Assembly: GCF_964355755.1 (NCBI RefSeq)
Contig: NC_092671.1
Span: 16,120,001-16,184,000 of the forward strand
From: Antedon mediterranea
Lineage: Eukaryota; Animalia; Echinodermata
DNA: 64,000 bases
Reading direction: 5' to 3'
Below are positions 24,609-38,536 of the stretch, piece by piece. The first letter of the stretch is position 1; each line of letters begins with the position of its first letter. Made by a program: the position numbers and the translations under genes. The notes beneath the pieces are model-generated. The model was not told the DNA's origin, ran no database searches, and saw only the letters and a program-made list of their open reading frames with translations.

Positions 24609-25256
24609 ATTTTGACAATTGATAATACTGTATTAACCTTTGTTTATTATGCTATGCTCTTCATTTGTTGCATACTGTATTCTATAATAACACAGTATGT
24701 TATTCCTTTTCAGACAGTAGAATATAAGTAACTGTAGGCCTATTAGCATTTGCCTTTGAATAAAAAATAGTTATTTACAGTATATTTATAATATTCAAGG
24801 TTACATTTTAAATTGCATTGAGTTCAAATACAGTAATTATTTATCAACCTAATTGTGAAATAATACTGTTTAAATAACAAAAAAGAATTACCAAGACGTG
24901 TGCAGTAATTAAAATGTTCACCTCATATATAATTGAGATGTTAGGTAAAGTAGCTTTTTATTATTTATACCACACTGTACTTGGCACGGTAAGCCACTTG
25001 GAAACCAGCAAAATGTGAAAACATCAATCTACTGTAGAGGCCAGCTAAGCACACTTCATTCAAACGCAGTAATACTTTCATTTATTAAAACTTCTTGGAT
25101 TTAATACAGTAGGTAAGTCAATATTAATAATGCACTCCTACAGATTGAATCTCTTCTCAATGATACTGATGTGACAGGTGTTTTTTAAATTCATGATTTT
25201 TATATTTTTTTAAACTAGTTATTTTGGTCATCACAGATTAAACTGATTGTTTGAAT

Positions 25257-25457
25257 AGGGAGCTTTTGATTTGCGACGATTGACGACCAATTTAAGTCAG
25301 GTCATAATGTGTTGTCGGTCGTCATCTGGACCTAGAAACCATCAAACCTGTGTCGAGGTGGAGAGCGTGGACACACGTCATACTATTTCCACATGCAGAG
25401 AATGAATTGGCATGGCGTGTAATTTGGTTGTCGGTCATCACAAATTAAAAGCTCCCT
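25257..25457. mobile_element. MITE with AGGGAGCT TIRs
   Basis: agggagcttttgatttg / caaattaaaagctccct; short relative at about 43490-43580. Confidence 0.65.
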
Positions 25458-27199
25458 AGATAAAGGGGAGCAGTTAGCACAGGTATTAGGGTAAGGCTTT
25501 AGATGTACAGTAATATGAAATTACTGTATATAGTATTACAATGGAAAAACTGTTGATTGATCAACAGATGTATACCAACAGTATTGTACTGATACTGCAA
25601 TAGTATAGTATCTCACTCAGTGTTTAATAGTTAGAGACTGTGACAAGGCTATTGCAGATAACTATACTAATACTATAGAGTAACACATACTGTACTAAAC
25701 CTTTGACCTTTTTTTCAAGTCATGTTTGAACACATTTTTTATCTTCATACAGTACTTCATAGACTAAATCATAAGTCTATAAAGGTCGACATACAGATTA
25801 CTGTATATCAATAGTTTATAGGCTACACCTTTACCTTGTCAACATCCCCAACGTTCCATTTTTTTCTTGCAAACACAATAAGATTACATTATTATTAATA
25901 AATTACTGTATTTGTATGAACTTCAAACTCTTAACCAGGTTGATTCTATTATCATTTTCTATAATTTTAATTTATATTAATATTAATAAATAATAATTTG
26001 TATGTTCATAAACCCTTTAGAAATTTTTATTTAGAAATCCTTAATGTTAAACTACAGTATATTCTGTATGATTCTCTTTGTTAATTAAAAAAAGCCACTC
26101 TATATTTTCCCTCTGAATTATTTTATTCTGAATGTTTCACTACTGTACATAGCATGCAATACATATTCTGTAGTTAACCCCGCAAACAGATAATGATATT
26201 GTATTATTTTGTCTTTACCACTATTAAGTTTACCATCATTTTTTTATGGTTGCCTATACCTCAGTTTTTAAATAGATGTTTCAAGCATAAATTTAGGAGA
26301 TTCTAGTTATGTTTATTATTCTAATTTAAAGTTTAAATAAAGGATAGTAGTTTGGGTTGTGTCAAGCACCTTTTGAAAACCATATTTTCTTCTCATGATA
26401 GGCTTTGTTTCCGCAGCTAAAACTTAACCGATAGTTAACCGATAAAAATTAACCAATTCAGCGCGAGAAAAATTAAACTGATAATTATCTCATTCAAATC
26501 AGATCATTATTCATAAATGCGATAATTTTCAACCTTTGACCTGAAGGACAAATCGTTGTAATTGGGCACTTGGTTGATGATAATGTCTGATCATCATGCA
26601 GACTTTATTATTATACCGATAATTTTGTTACTATATGGCTTCAGAAACATGGCTATAGATTTATTCCGACAGCTTTTGAAATTGACTCTAAAAACCGCGA
26701 ACAAAAGTTTTTCTAAAAAAAGACACCATATCAAAGGTGTTTTAGACCAATCTTTTCTTAATGATTATGATACCTACAGTAACATGCTTACATATTATCA
26801 TTATCTTTTCAATATACACAGTGTATGTACATTATACTATAGCAGTTATTTGCTGCCAGCATAAATTTATAATTAGCAAGATGGATTTTATTAGGGAATT
26901 GAATGCGAGAATTTTATGATCTTATCATACAGTATTTGCATAAAATATTCAAGATGTAATTTCTTAAAGATGACAGCCATGTTGTTGTTACACTCAATTT
27001 ACATTGCAATGTGTAATTAGAAGATTATTGAATTGATTATTAATAAACAACTAGTTACTTATTCGATTTGTAATTATTGTATGATTCTTTACAATATTTG
27101 TACTACGGTACTAGCTTCTTCACGTCTCAGTTATTGTAATGATAATTATAATGAGTTGAAAATTAAATTTTAATTTGATTGGCAAAAAAGTTACTGTAA

Positions 27200-27354
27200 A
27201 GCTCTGTCTACACTATCAAACTAGTTTGACCCAAAAACGTGCCCATATATGGACATGATGATCTCATATCACTACCATGTTTGGGCATATCACTACCATA
27301 TTTGGGCACATCCCACCTTTTTTGTAAAACTAGTTTGATAGTGTAGACAGAGCT
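27200..27354. mobile_element. MITE family A copy
   Basis: Full TIRs; internal CATATCACTACCATRTTTGGGCA repeats. Confidence 0.85.
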
Positions 27355-29012
27355 TATGATATTTTTTTGCTTGGCATTTGAAACAGGGGATGTAGTATTT
27401 GTAGTGTAATGATGAGGGTGGCAATGCCCATGTGGGGTCGTGGTTGGCAGATTAGTCCAATATTCCATAGGGATCACCTTGTTCAATGTACTGTACTTCT
27501 GACTTTTCTTGGGCTATTGTAGGTTTATTGGGTAAGTGGCACTTATAGACAAGCAACACCAAATGTTGGTTTGTGTAGTTTGGTCAGTGTGCGTTTGCCT
27601 ACTGATTTGTCACTTATTTTTTAGAATGTAGAATTGTAGCCTCTGTCATTTAATTCATTGATTGTCAAATGTTGTGAAATTCAAACATCTTTAAATATCC
27701 ACAAACGTCATAATCAAACTTATTTGTTGATTTCTTTGTTTTGATGATGTTGGTTTTGTCTTTTATTTGTTAAATTATTTAGCCTTAAAACATCCAACGT
27801 AAAGCGTCATTCTCCTTAACACAATTATTATACATTTTAAGTTATTACTAAATTATAACATTTATTTTGAACGCTGTGGTAGGAAATTAAAGTGCGAATG
27901 TTATTCAGCATAATGTATGAAAACAATCATTTTATTGGAAGTTTTCTGATTAAAATTTACTTTGTTGAAGTAAAATTCTCCATACAGTGTACATACATAC
28001 AGTACTGGTTGTATAATTTTTTTAACATTCGTTTTTTTAATGTGAAAATAATTTTACATGGTCAATTTTAAAATCAAAGTTGGTCCAGAACAACTCCCTG
28101 GTTGGTCACTGATTGTCATTGATTGTCAGCTAGCTTCTACAGGGTTCAAACAGTAATTGTTTGCATTTTAAGACGTTTACTTGTTGCAATCTAATCATTG
28201 ACAAATGCTTTGTGTTTGACCTAGACAAATACGCCTACAACAAACATTATCTACAGAATATTTACACTGTAGTTTCGATAAGGCAGGTCCACTTTAGTAG
28301 ATGATCTGTATCGAGGTTTTAACACGTTTAAATCAAGTTAATGTCTAATGCTGTTTCAGTATATTATGGTTTTCTTTTACACTAATGAAAGAAATATACT
28401 TTTTTTAAGTACATTTTATTTAACTCTGTGAATTTTTGTTATTACTGTATTACTTTATGTATATTTAAATTTCTAATAGTACTGTACTACAGTATAATTA
28501 GGTATTATCTATCCAATGGCATTGGCTGGATCCATGGTTGTATACAATTTTAATTCAAAAAGTAGGCCTACTGTATTAGTGGTCTATTATTGTGAACATA
28601 ACATATCATACTCAATATGTATAGCTATGATGCTGTCTGCAGTACATGTCGTTTGGGTGAGGTATCCTGGAATAGTACACACCTACAATTATTTGTACAA
28701 TAAACAGTTGGACTGTACTCAATTCAACAAGAAGGTTGGTATAACCAGTCTATAATATATTGCAACACCCTGGAAGGCAAGCAAGTTAATCACCAAGCGA
28801 CAGCTCCACTACGTGCTTCACATTAAATATTTTCCTCCAGTCATTTTATTTTAACACTTCTGCCCATAATTTTCACTAAAATAACACCAAAATATTAAAT
28901 TAACAAATCAGGCAAAGAACATTAATTCTAAACCGCCCGGTGGTATACTGAAATTTTAATTAATTTATTTGAAACGATAAAGATGAGGAAATCTGTGAGA
29001 ATGAGAAAAAGT

Positions 29013-29084
29013 CGCCCCAATCGAGACTCGAACTCGGACCGCCTGCTTGATATACAGATGCTCTAACCATTAGACCACTGGGGT
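29013..29084 (-). pseudogene. tRNA-Asp-like pseudo-tRNA (anticodon ATC) inside a dispersed repeat
   Basis: Folds by eye into a cloverleaf with mismatches (acceptor ACCCCAG/TTGGGGC, anticodon TCTGT-ATATCAA-GCAGG, T-loop TTCGAGT), followed by TTTTT; decayed copy with shared flank at about 56055-56235. Confidence 0.6.
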
Positions 29085-31124
29085 TTTTATGGTATTGTTC
29101 GATTGGATAGCGACTCTTTAAGAGTCTCAACTCGGCGTGGTATGGTGGAACAGTACTAGTCCTCAGTTGTACGCACGCGCACCAGAGATCAAATTGATAC
29201 GAAAATGATAAATAATGATAAACTGAGAATCTTGTTATGATGAGTAATGTTGCATACAGTATTAATAGACAGTATCCCAATGAAAAAATTTAAATTATTT
29301 ATTTAACTTTTTCTTTTAGTTACCCAAAAATAACTTAATGACCCGTTCTAATGTTATGGATCTTTGAAGTTGTAAAAAATGTATGATTGTTGGTTGAAAA
29401 ATGGTGTTTTTTGCTCTTAAAATTGGAAGCATTTTTGAAAGGTTATAACTTTCACAATAATGACTTCAAAGTTTTGAATTTCGTTTTGAAATTTTGACTA
29501 ATTTTAAAGTAATTTTTTCACTGGAAATACTTAATAAATAACAAGTGAACAATAAAAAACATTCTTTTATTATATTTAATTTTATTTTGAATAAAATACA
29601 ATTTAAATTAATGTAATAATGTTAACATCGTAGCCATCACTTTTAGAATTTTTGAAAAATATCACAACACAAAGTGCGTTCATTTAATAGATAGGTAATA
29701 TTCGATCAGCAACTTGTAAGTTATAGTTGGCTTTCGTTTAAAATCAACATTGACGTCAATGACCACCTTTCATGTTATGGAACATTACACTTTAGCAGTA
29801 GTGCATGGCTTTCAATTTGAGCAAAACAAAATGTACTTTGAATTAGTTAATATTGTTTTAAAATACTAACTTCACAGTTTTTAATAGAAATAGTGTGTGA
29901 TCAGTGTAAATTTCATTTAAATGAATATCAATAATGAACTTCAAAAATTTACTAAAACTAAACTGTTATTACAGTATAAAAAGATGAGATTTTAGATTTA
30001 GCAACTGAGAATAGTTTGACATACAGGTACTCACTGTTGACACGATAAATAAGATCATATTCGTTATTTAAAAAGCCAAACCGCTTGAATTAATGCAACC
30101 CTTGTTGATTTTTTTGGGTTGGCATATTATAGTGGTTGCATAATACTGTAGACCTTGTCCTCATCTGTTAAATAAAGAAATATAGTATAATAATACAGTA
30201 TATGTAGGGTGAAATGTCCAAATCCAGTTCATATGTATTGCACATGGATTTTAATGCAACCTGTTTTAGATAAACTTTGTGTGCTCATGTCATATAATGT
30301 CTCTTGAATTACTAAATTACCTGTACAAAGATGACAGGTTTTCATAATGAACTATGGTAATATACTGTAGTCGTCCATTATCTGCTTATTATATTAGAGG
30401 AATATCCTGATATTAAACATTGTGATTACCTATATCCTCGGGTATAATCTCACTTTGGGTCTAATACCACCCCCTACTTTATTTCTGACTTCACAAACAG
30501 GCATATCCCCGGTATAGTCCCAGCATTGACTTTTGGTCTGGATGTACAGTAGCCAGTTCAGATGAGGTTTTACAAGAAATGCTTACCAAGTTAGTTAGAT
30601 AGATAGATAGTATTAAGATTTTTCTTTCAAATACTAGGTCAACAAAATAGTAACCTTGACTAATTATGTATTATAAAGAAAACGTTACCGTGGAATTTAT
30701 TATAATATTAATATGGATTTTAGTTAGATTGGTATCTGTTGTTACCTTGTTATTATTAAACAATACTGTAGTTTGTGAGACAGTCTTATTGTGTCTTTGT
30801 CATTGTGAACGTTGACTTTCATTTTAATTTTATGGTCATCTCTTTGGCAATTTAGCCGACAGTCTACTGTATCATTTAGCAATCATTTGCATGAATTGGA
30901 ATCTTTGTCTCACTCTGCTTTTCTTTCTATTTTTCAGTTAAAATAAATGTTCCATAATGTGCCTAATAAATCTATTTCTTCTTGTCTTTGAAAATAAATC
31001 TTTCAGTTCAGGCTCATAGTCTTAACAGTTTTACCTTTTTTCTTATTAGCCGCTATGGCAAAATTGATAATATGCAGTACCTCTGCTTTAGCAGTTGGCT
31101 ATTTCCTGCTTATTATTATATAAC

Positions 31125-31300
31125 TTAGATTAAGACACAATACATTTAATAAAATAAATGTATTCCTCTGAATGCGAGACCATGTATCAGAATAAACAAA
31201 AGATTGCACGCAACCGAAGTGGACAGAATAATACTTTATTAGAATGAGAATGAGCAGCACAGATATCACATTTATTTTAATGTATTGTGTCTTAATCTAA
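31125..31300. repeat. Inverted repeat / small MITE
   Basis: ttagattaagacacaatacatt ... aatgtattgtgtcttaatctaa. Confidence 0.7.
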
Positions 31301-31591
31301 ATGCATGTGTTGTGAAGTATGTTGAAATGATAACTGCCAAATGATTGTTGAAGCATATTGCTTTCTCAATAACAGCACGCCTACTTTGTGCAGACGAGAT
31401 AAATCTGGCAGGTTGGCGGACATTTAAGAGCACAGCAAATTATCATTACTTATCTTAAACTCTTGTAATTAAGGCATTTTATCTGTCAAGCCATTTCAAC
31501 GAACATAAAACGAATCCATCTGTCATTACTATATTGGGTCAATGTGTTGCCTGAAAAACAAAACAACACAAGAATTAGGTTGCTAATTTAA

Positions 31592-31938
31592 AGATGTATT
31601 GTCCTCCAAAAACATGAAAAATGAAGATTAATAAAATCAGACTTTGAATAGGCCACTTTGTAGTTTTAACTTACGTAGCTCCGTAGAAAAAAAACCCAGG
31701 AAAACTTCACTTATAAAATGACAAAATAAATGGTTATATTCAAACAAAAACCCATTGGCTATTGGCAGCAAATTTGACTACAGGTATTTAAATTACAGTT
31801 TATTCAGGTCAATCATTTTTTTTTTATCCAATTTTTTTTTTGGTCAAAGTGAATATCTATTATGTGACATTAAAATGGCATATTCAACAACAAAGTTGAT
31901 AAAAAAATGGATGTTTCTGGGGGACAATAAATATATTT
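31592..31938. mobile_element. Kolobok-like element copy
   Basis: TTAA on both sides; collinear with 8015-8332. Confidence 0.7.
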
Positions 31939-32424
31939 TTAAAGAATAAATAACAATGATTTAAAGAAGTCATTTTTCATTAATGTAATTGTTTGATAAT
32001 ATTCAATTACTTGTCAATTGTCAATTATCAATCTCCATTTAACCCGACATTTGATCAATAAAATGATATTAAAGTACCAGTACAACTTTCTATTAATATC
32101 ATGGCTTAAATTGATTATCCTTCGTCCTCTGAAAGCTCCTCTCTATGGATTTCCGTCGTTACTAATACTCTTTTTTTTTCATAAATATGCAAATCTCCGG
32201 TGTTACGCTACAACAACCATAACTACTGAAGACTTAAAATATGGCTTGCCATACTTTACTAACGATAATAACTATATTGTCTTATGTTAGCATGATGGAA
32301 GTAATGCTATAGAACTCCTCCAGGGGACAACCCTATTAATGAGGATGCTTTCTTGTGAAAAAAAAATAAGCGCAAGTTTAACACTACCAATCCCTATTCA
32401 TGTGACAGCCCTATTGATTGAAAT

Positions 32425-32728
32425 ATATATTTTTATACTGGGTAACCTCTTCAGTCAAAGACTGGTCTCCCAGAGGACCCAGTTGGTGATCAGTGGCTGT
32501 GATGTACTAATACACCGGGGTAACCCCCTACTCGTCTCGAAAGATGTACTAGGTTCTTTAAAGTGCACACGAGCTAGATATGTACACTGGACCTACGGTT
32601 TATAGTCCTTATCCGAGAAGACTTGTTCTACCACCAGAACCATGGAGTGAGTGAGCCTCGAACCCATGCCGATGTTATGGCTACGTAATTACGGTTCCAC
32701 TGTCTTAACCGCTCGGCCACTCACTCAC
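32425..32728 (-). mobile_element. tRNA-headed SINE with Deu/Nin-like core, most complete copy
   Basis: A-box TGGCCGAGCGG, B-box GGTTCGAGGC, core TCGGATAAGGACTATAAACCGTAGGTCC...GCACTTTAAAGAACC, A-rich tail; two further copies in the window. Confidence 0.8.
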
Positions 32729-33975
32729 TATTAAGGGGACACTGTCCTGAAAGTGTCCCCTTAATAGAGGTGCTACTGTTGTGTTATACTGTACATCATA
32801 AATACAGCAATATTAACTAAATATTCTTATGCTAACATGACAAGATAATGCTACTTGCAAATTCATATATGTAGGATAACAAATAATAACTTATCCAATG
32901 ATAATTTGGTTTCATTGAAGCTTAGAATATTATATTTGATGTGTAATTAGCCGAGTAATCGTTTGCAGTCTTCTTTTATTGATGTTAAACACCAACTGTA
33001 AAGTGATTGTTGTGCTTGTTTGTATTTGCATATAACAGCTATCTAGATTGTTATGATAAGCACTCCCTGATAATACTATGGTATTTGACTATATTGAGGT
33101 GTACTGTATCGCAATTTACAATACATGAAATTAGATAGAAGATAGAGTAACTCTGAAAAATTACAACCCATGAGGCCATTTTTCGGATCAGTAGATCTTT
33201 TGATTTAAGAAATTAATGATAGCGCTTGGTTAGTATGAAAAATGCTCCACAGTATCCATTCTTTCATGGATTCCATTTATTTTATTATCGTCCTCTAATA
33301 TTGTACAAGGAAAGTCAATAAACTGAAAACAGTCTTATGACAGCTGTGAATGTTTCCATATTGTTAAGAATGATATTTGGTTGTTTATGTGGGTTTATCA
33401 TGCACATTAACTATGTTAATTCTCTGACTCATATTAGAGCCTTTTATACTTTGAGAGACATAGGTAGAACTGTAATTATTCAGTATTTAAAGATCGTAAA
33501 GGCACATCTATTATTATTATATTATTTTGTATACGAGGATGGGTATTTTGTACTGTAGACATAAAAAGATTTCTTTTTATGGCACTTCTAGCATTTTCTT
33601 TTATTTTCTTCCTTCCTTTTACAAACAATCTTTTCAGTTAGGCCTACATCATGTATTGTTTTCTCCACTTGGGTCTGTTTGCAACTGTACCTTTAACAAC
33701 AAAAGATAACCTTTAATGACATATTGTACTGTACATACAGAAAAAATAATGAAGGAAAAAAAGTCATTTTTTGTGTTTTAATTTAGTGTTTTAATACTAG
33801 TTTTCGGGGCTTATGCATATATATATATATAAAAAGATTGGTCGTAATACAAACTTGTTTTAATTCTCTGAAGAAATAAAATGATATTGATAAACTAGTA
33901 TTTTATTACCACATAAAAATTTAGCCATAATACATAACATTTGTTTAGTTAATGTTTAATCATAGAGATATTATA

Positions 33976-34227
33976 TTTTTTTTTATTTTTTATTTATTTT
34001 ATTTCCTTTTATTGCATCAAGTAAACAGTGATGAAGTTGACATAAATATAATAATAAATATATAAAAAAAAAAACATAGTATAACACAGACCAAACAAGT
34101 TACAAAAATATATCACAAATCAGCCATCATAGTACATCCAGTAACACAAACCAAAAGGGGTTCACAATTTGCTTATCATAACTCAGTTTCTGATCATTCA
34201 CCAATCATTGAAAACTCCGTATAGTAT
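33976..34227 (-). mobile_element. Poly(A)-tailed retro-insertion with 10-bp target duplication
   Basis: AGATATTATA at 33966-75 and 34228-37; T-rich run on the left (A-tail on minus) preceded by AATAAA. Confidence 0.6.
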
Positions 34228-34930
34228 AGATATTATAATATCTCTATAGTTTAATTTATAAAATATTGTAATTATTAACATTTGTTATTCTATAATCATC
34301 TATTCAGTGGTTATACAGCTATTGAGTATTGTATATATTTGCTTTTTGTACTAAATAATACCAAGCCTAATATTTGTATACTTGAACATAGATCTTAATT
34401 TTACTAATTAAGAACACAAACGTGACAGTTAACTGTACTGTACTGTACATAATTGTGTCTGAATTAATGTAAATTAGTATTTAATAATTCATCTTGATTC
34501 ATTAAGTGCATTCACTTGACTTGCCACTTTATGTCTTAAAAGATCTACAATACAATCTGCAATTTGTATCATCAGTCCTGATACTATCAATATTAATTAA
34601 ATTCCTTTTGTATCCATTAACACCATTTATTTAAGAAATTATGAATATTTGTACACGATTAAAAACTAGCATATGATAGCTATTCAAGACAACATTTATT
34701 TAAGATTTTTGGAACAATTTCAGCCATTCCCATTTACTAATTTGTTGAGTAAAAAAAAGTTAAAAAGAAAGAAATTCGAAAAGTTTTTATTCTAGAACTA
34801 TAAGATTTACATTTACTGTATGCTGTCTTTGATAATAATATTTGTTCACATCCAATAAAGGGCGTTATGATCAATAAGAACAATAAATCAAGATTATTGC
34901 TCTTACTAATCATGACGTCATTCTCTGTAA

Positions 34931-35592
34931 CTCTGTAGGTAAATAATGGAAATAGGTATAGATAGCATTAGCATACTATACTTCCAAGGGTATAGTTTAG
35001 AAGAGAGATAGCCGACTTACAATGATTAACATGAGAGGTTAAGAGATGTAACTGAGCATCTGTACTGTGCAATTGTATAAATGGGCCTTAAAGCGCTATC
35101 TCTGTGCCTCTGTAGGTAAATAATGGAAATAGGTATAGCATACTGTACTTCCAAGGGTATAGTTTAGAAGAGAGATAGCCGACTTACAATGATTAACATG
35201 AGAGGTTAAGAGATGTAACTGAGCATCTGTACTGTGCAATTGTATAAATGGGCCTTAAAGCGCTATCTCTGTGCCTCTGTAGGTAAATAATGGAAATAGG
35301 TATAGCATTAGCATACTATACTTCCAAGGGTATAGTTTGGAAGAGAGATAGCTGACAATACAATGATTAACATGAGAGGATGAGAGATGTAACTGAGCAT
35401 CTGTACTGTACAATTGTATAAATGGGCCTTAAAACGCTATCTCTGTGCCTCTGTAGGTAAATAATGGAAATAGGTATAGCATTAGCATACTATACTTCCA
35501 AGGGTATAGTTTGGAAGAGAGATAGCTGACAATACAATGATTAACATTCATAGAGGATGAGAGATGTAAAGCATCTACTGCATGTGCAATTG
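34931..35592. repeat. Tandem repeat, ~170-bp unit, about 3.8 copies
   Basis: ctctgtaggtaaataatggaaataggtatag starts at about 34931, 35108, 35275, 35448. Confidence 0.92.
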
Positions 35593-36261
35593 AGGATGAT
35601 TTGGATCTTCCAACAATAGTTATTATTCATTGCATCTGATTGACATGAATACATTGTCTTGTAATTCAGAACATTACATCAAAACCATCCAAGCAAGAAA
35701 TTGTCTAATTTATCTGGCAATTTTGTTCTGGTAATTATAATATAAAGCAGTATTTGAACATTTAGAGTTTTGCTAGTTATGGTATTGTAGGAAGAATTAT
35801 CAGATGTTTTTTAAAGCTTTAATTACTAATTCTGTTGTCTGTAGGATATTAAAATATAATCATGCATGAAATGAGCTGACCATACAGCACAATACATCAA
35901 AATAGTTCAATGTTTTCCTTTTCATCAGCAATTGAGTAGAAAATGATTATAGATATAGAAAGATGATAGATTGATGACAAGCTCTATAAAAACTACAATA
36001 CAGTAAATAATAATAAACAATAATATTAATACAGGGATATTCAGAAATTCAGAAATTCAAAAGCTGGAAATGATATAAAACGATTTGAAAATCTTTGGGG
36101 AGGGGGCGTGGGTGCATGATTGTTTTGGGTGAAAGATTGATATAAAAGTTAAGACCATTATTAATTCTAAGAATAATTGATGAATAGCTTTTGGAGTTTA
36201 TAATTAATTTAGCTATGGCCTGCTAATATTTGTGCTTTTGTTTTTGATGGATATGTTTTTA

Positions 36262-36610
36262 ATTTATTTATTTAAATAATATTTTACAAGGGTGGTCTAT
36301 CCAGCCAAAGCTGATCATTAGGGACCCTCACAAAAATACAAAATGATGAGACATAAACATGTAACAATAAAAATTAAATTAAAAAAGAATCAAAAATTAA
36401 AACTATCTCAAAGATGTGAGAAAGTCGTAAATTCTGAAAATATGCCACCCGGAATTTTTACGTATATGGCCTAAACAGTTTAAATCTATATTATAAAGGC
36501 TGGACACAAAGTTAGTCTGAGTCTTGGGGTAGGTGTCAGATGAATATTTAGACTTAGAAACACATCGGGTATTTGCATTCCACTCCATCCAGCACAATTC
36601 TGCACATATT
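36262..36610 (-). mobile_element. Probable LINE 3'-end fragment
   Basis: Minus ORF ending IYDFLTSLR* (36403), then a GGGTCC..GATCAG..CTG..CCC..TAAAATA tail and an A/T-rich end. Confidence 0.4.
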
Positions 36611-38536
36611 GGAAAAATGATCAATAATATCCAAACTAGATCTTTTTAGATGAAGACAGATGATTGCTATGTTTGATTTATTAGTTGGTGCTATTTTGAG
36701 CCAACAGTAAATCCATTCCATTAAAACTATCAGCTTATCACTATCAAAACATTGTTTTCTATTGATTCTACATTAGAACTAAGTTACAGGGCTCATTAAG
36801 AATGTGGCGGCTAATTATACAGATTTACATATTGTTCAAGCCAAATAGTTTTTGTGCGTTAAGCACGACAATCGCAGCACGGGATCTGTTAATACACAGA
36901 TTGGTGTCCATTCGGAAAATGTAATAAATACACAAAATTGAAATAATATGGTACAGTAGTTTGTGAATTACTAGTGATTATTGGCAAATAATGCGATGCC
37001 ACCAAGTGCTAACACATAACAAGTGTTTCTTTTATGTAGAGTCATGCAATAGAGTTTCTGACCTTATTATTAGATAATGATTGTCACTGAATTCGTTTCT
37101 TAAAATAGGTTAAGTCAGGGAAGAAGAGTGAATTCCCTGGTTAAATTAATTACCGTATTTATTAAAGTAAGACTGACAATAATAGCAGATACTGTAGATA
37201 AATCATTTTTCTGTTTCTGCATTATTAATTAAAATACTATCACAGTATAATTTCTTTATTTTTTACTTATTTATTACTTTGGGTGCCAAATGTACAAATT
37301 CGTCTGAACATTGCAGCTGTGCTTTAGACTTTTTCCAATTATAGATGGTATATTTTTCACACAATGTATGATGAAGCAAAAAAAATAATGTTTACATAAA
37401 TTGTGAAAACAACTATTCATCTCCTTTGTCTTGACCGATGCTGGTTATCTTAGGAGGATAGAGCTCTTTTTTTTCATAGTCGAGAACTATATTTTTTACC
37501 ATTGTTACCTTAACCTTTAGGATGATTTTATTTTACCTAATCATGACACTGTACAAAAATAGTCATTTTTCATTTAACACTTACAGCCATATGAACTGTT
37601 GACCAATGCTGTCTTCAGGATATTAAGAAGATTTATTTTCTCATTTTCACATATAGATGGTCATTTTTTTTGTTTAACATAATACTTAATAGCCATAGAA
37701 GATAGATTACTACTGACGTAAGCAAGTCACATAATTTTATTCAATACTGTCTTTGATTTCAAACAGCAAACAAAATTTCCGGAACACAATTTCTTCACCG
37801 TTGCTCTTCGCATAAAACAACTACAGTAGTATCGTTCCACAATTTATTCCTGCAATAATTTAACCTCAACAAATACATATTGTATTCAGTACATGTTTTT
37901 ATGTACTTACTATGTAAATTTTAGTTATAAAATATTTATTTGTCCCGATTTAGACTGGTCATTTGTTTTGTTATGAACATTTAATTTAATTGATGAAATA
38001 CAGTATTTTAAAATTCTTGTATGATATGATAGTACTCTTTACCATTGGGACTGGTGGGGATTTTTCCACAGCATATGTTCAAATCCGTTTTCTCTAGTAA
38101 TAGCAGATTTTCCTCATCTTAAAGATATATTACCCCCTGAAAAAATAATTTTTTAAATGTTTGTTGTTGAATATGTCATTTTAATGTCACATAATTATTC
38201 ACTTTGACCAAAAATTGGATCGGAAAAAAAAATGGTTTATCTGAAAAACTGTAATTTAAAGCAAAAGTAAAGCTTCCAGCCAATGGGTTTTTGGTTGAAT
38301 TTAACCGATTGTTTTGGCATTTAAAAGTGAAATCATTTTTTTCGTTTTTTTTTTCTACGGAAGTGATTAACTTTGTTAAAGCTACAAAATGGCATATTCA
38401 AAGTCTGATTTAATTAATCTTCATTTTTTATGCTTGTATACAATAATACTAACCATATTCCATTTTGTAATTTTTTGCTTATGAAAATACCTTCATTATC
38501 TTTTGAAAGATTGTTCAGTAGAATAACTAGGACGAG

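Noticed and set aside
29013-29084. Functional tRNA gene
   Set aside because: Mismatches in acceptor, D and T stems, atypical ATC anticodon, and it is part of a dispersed repeat
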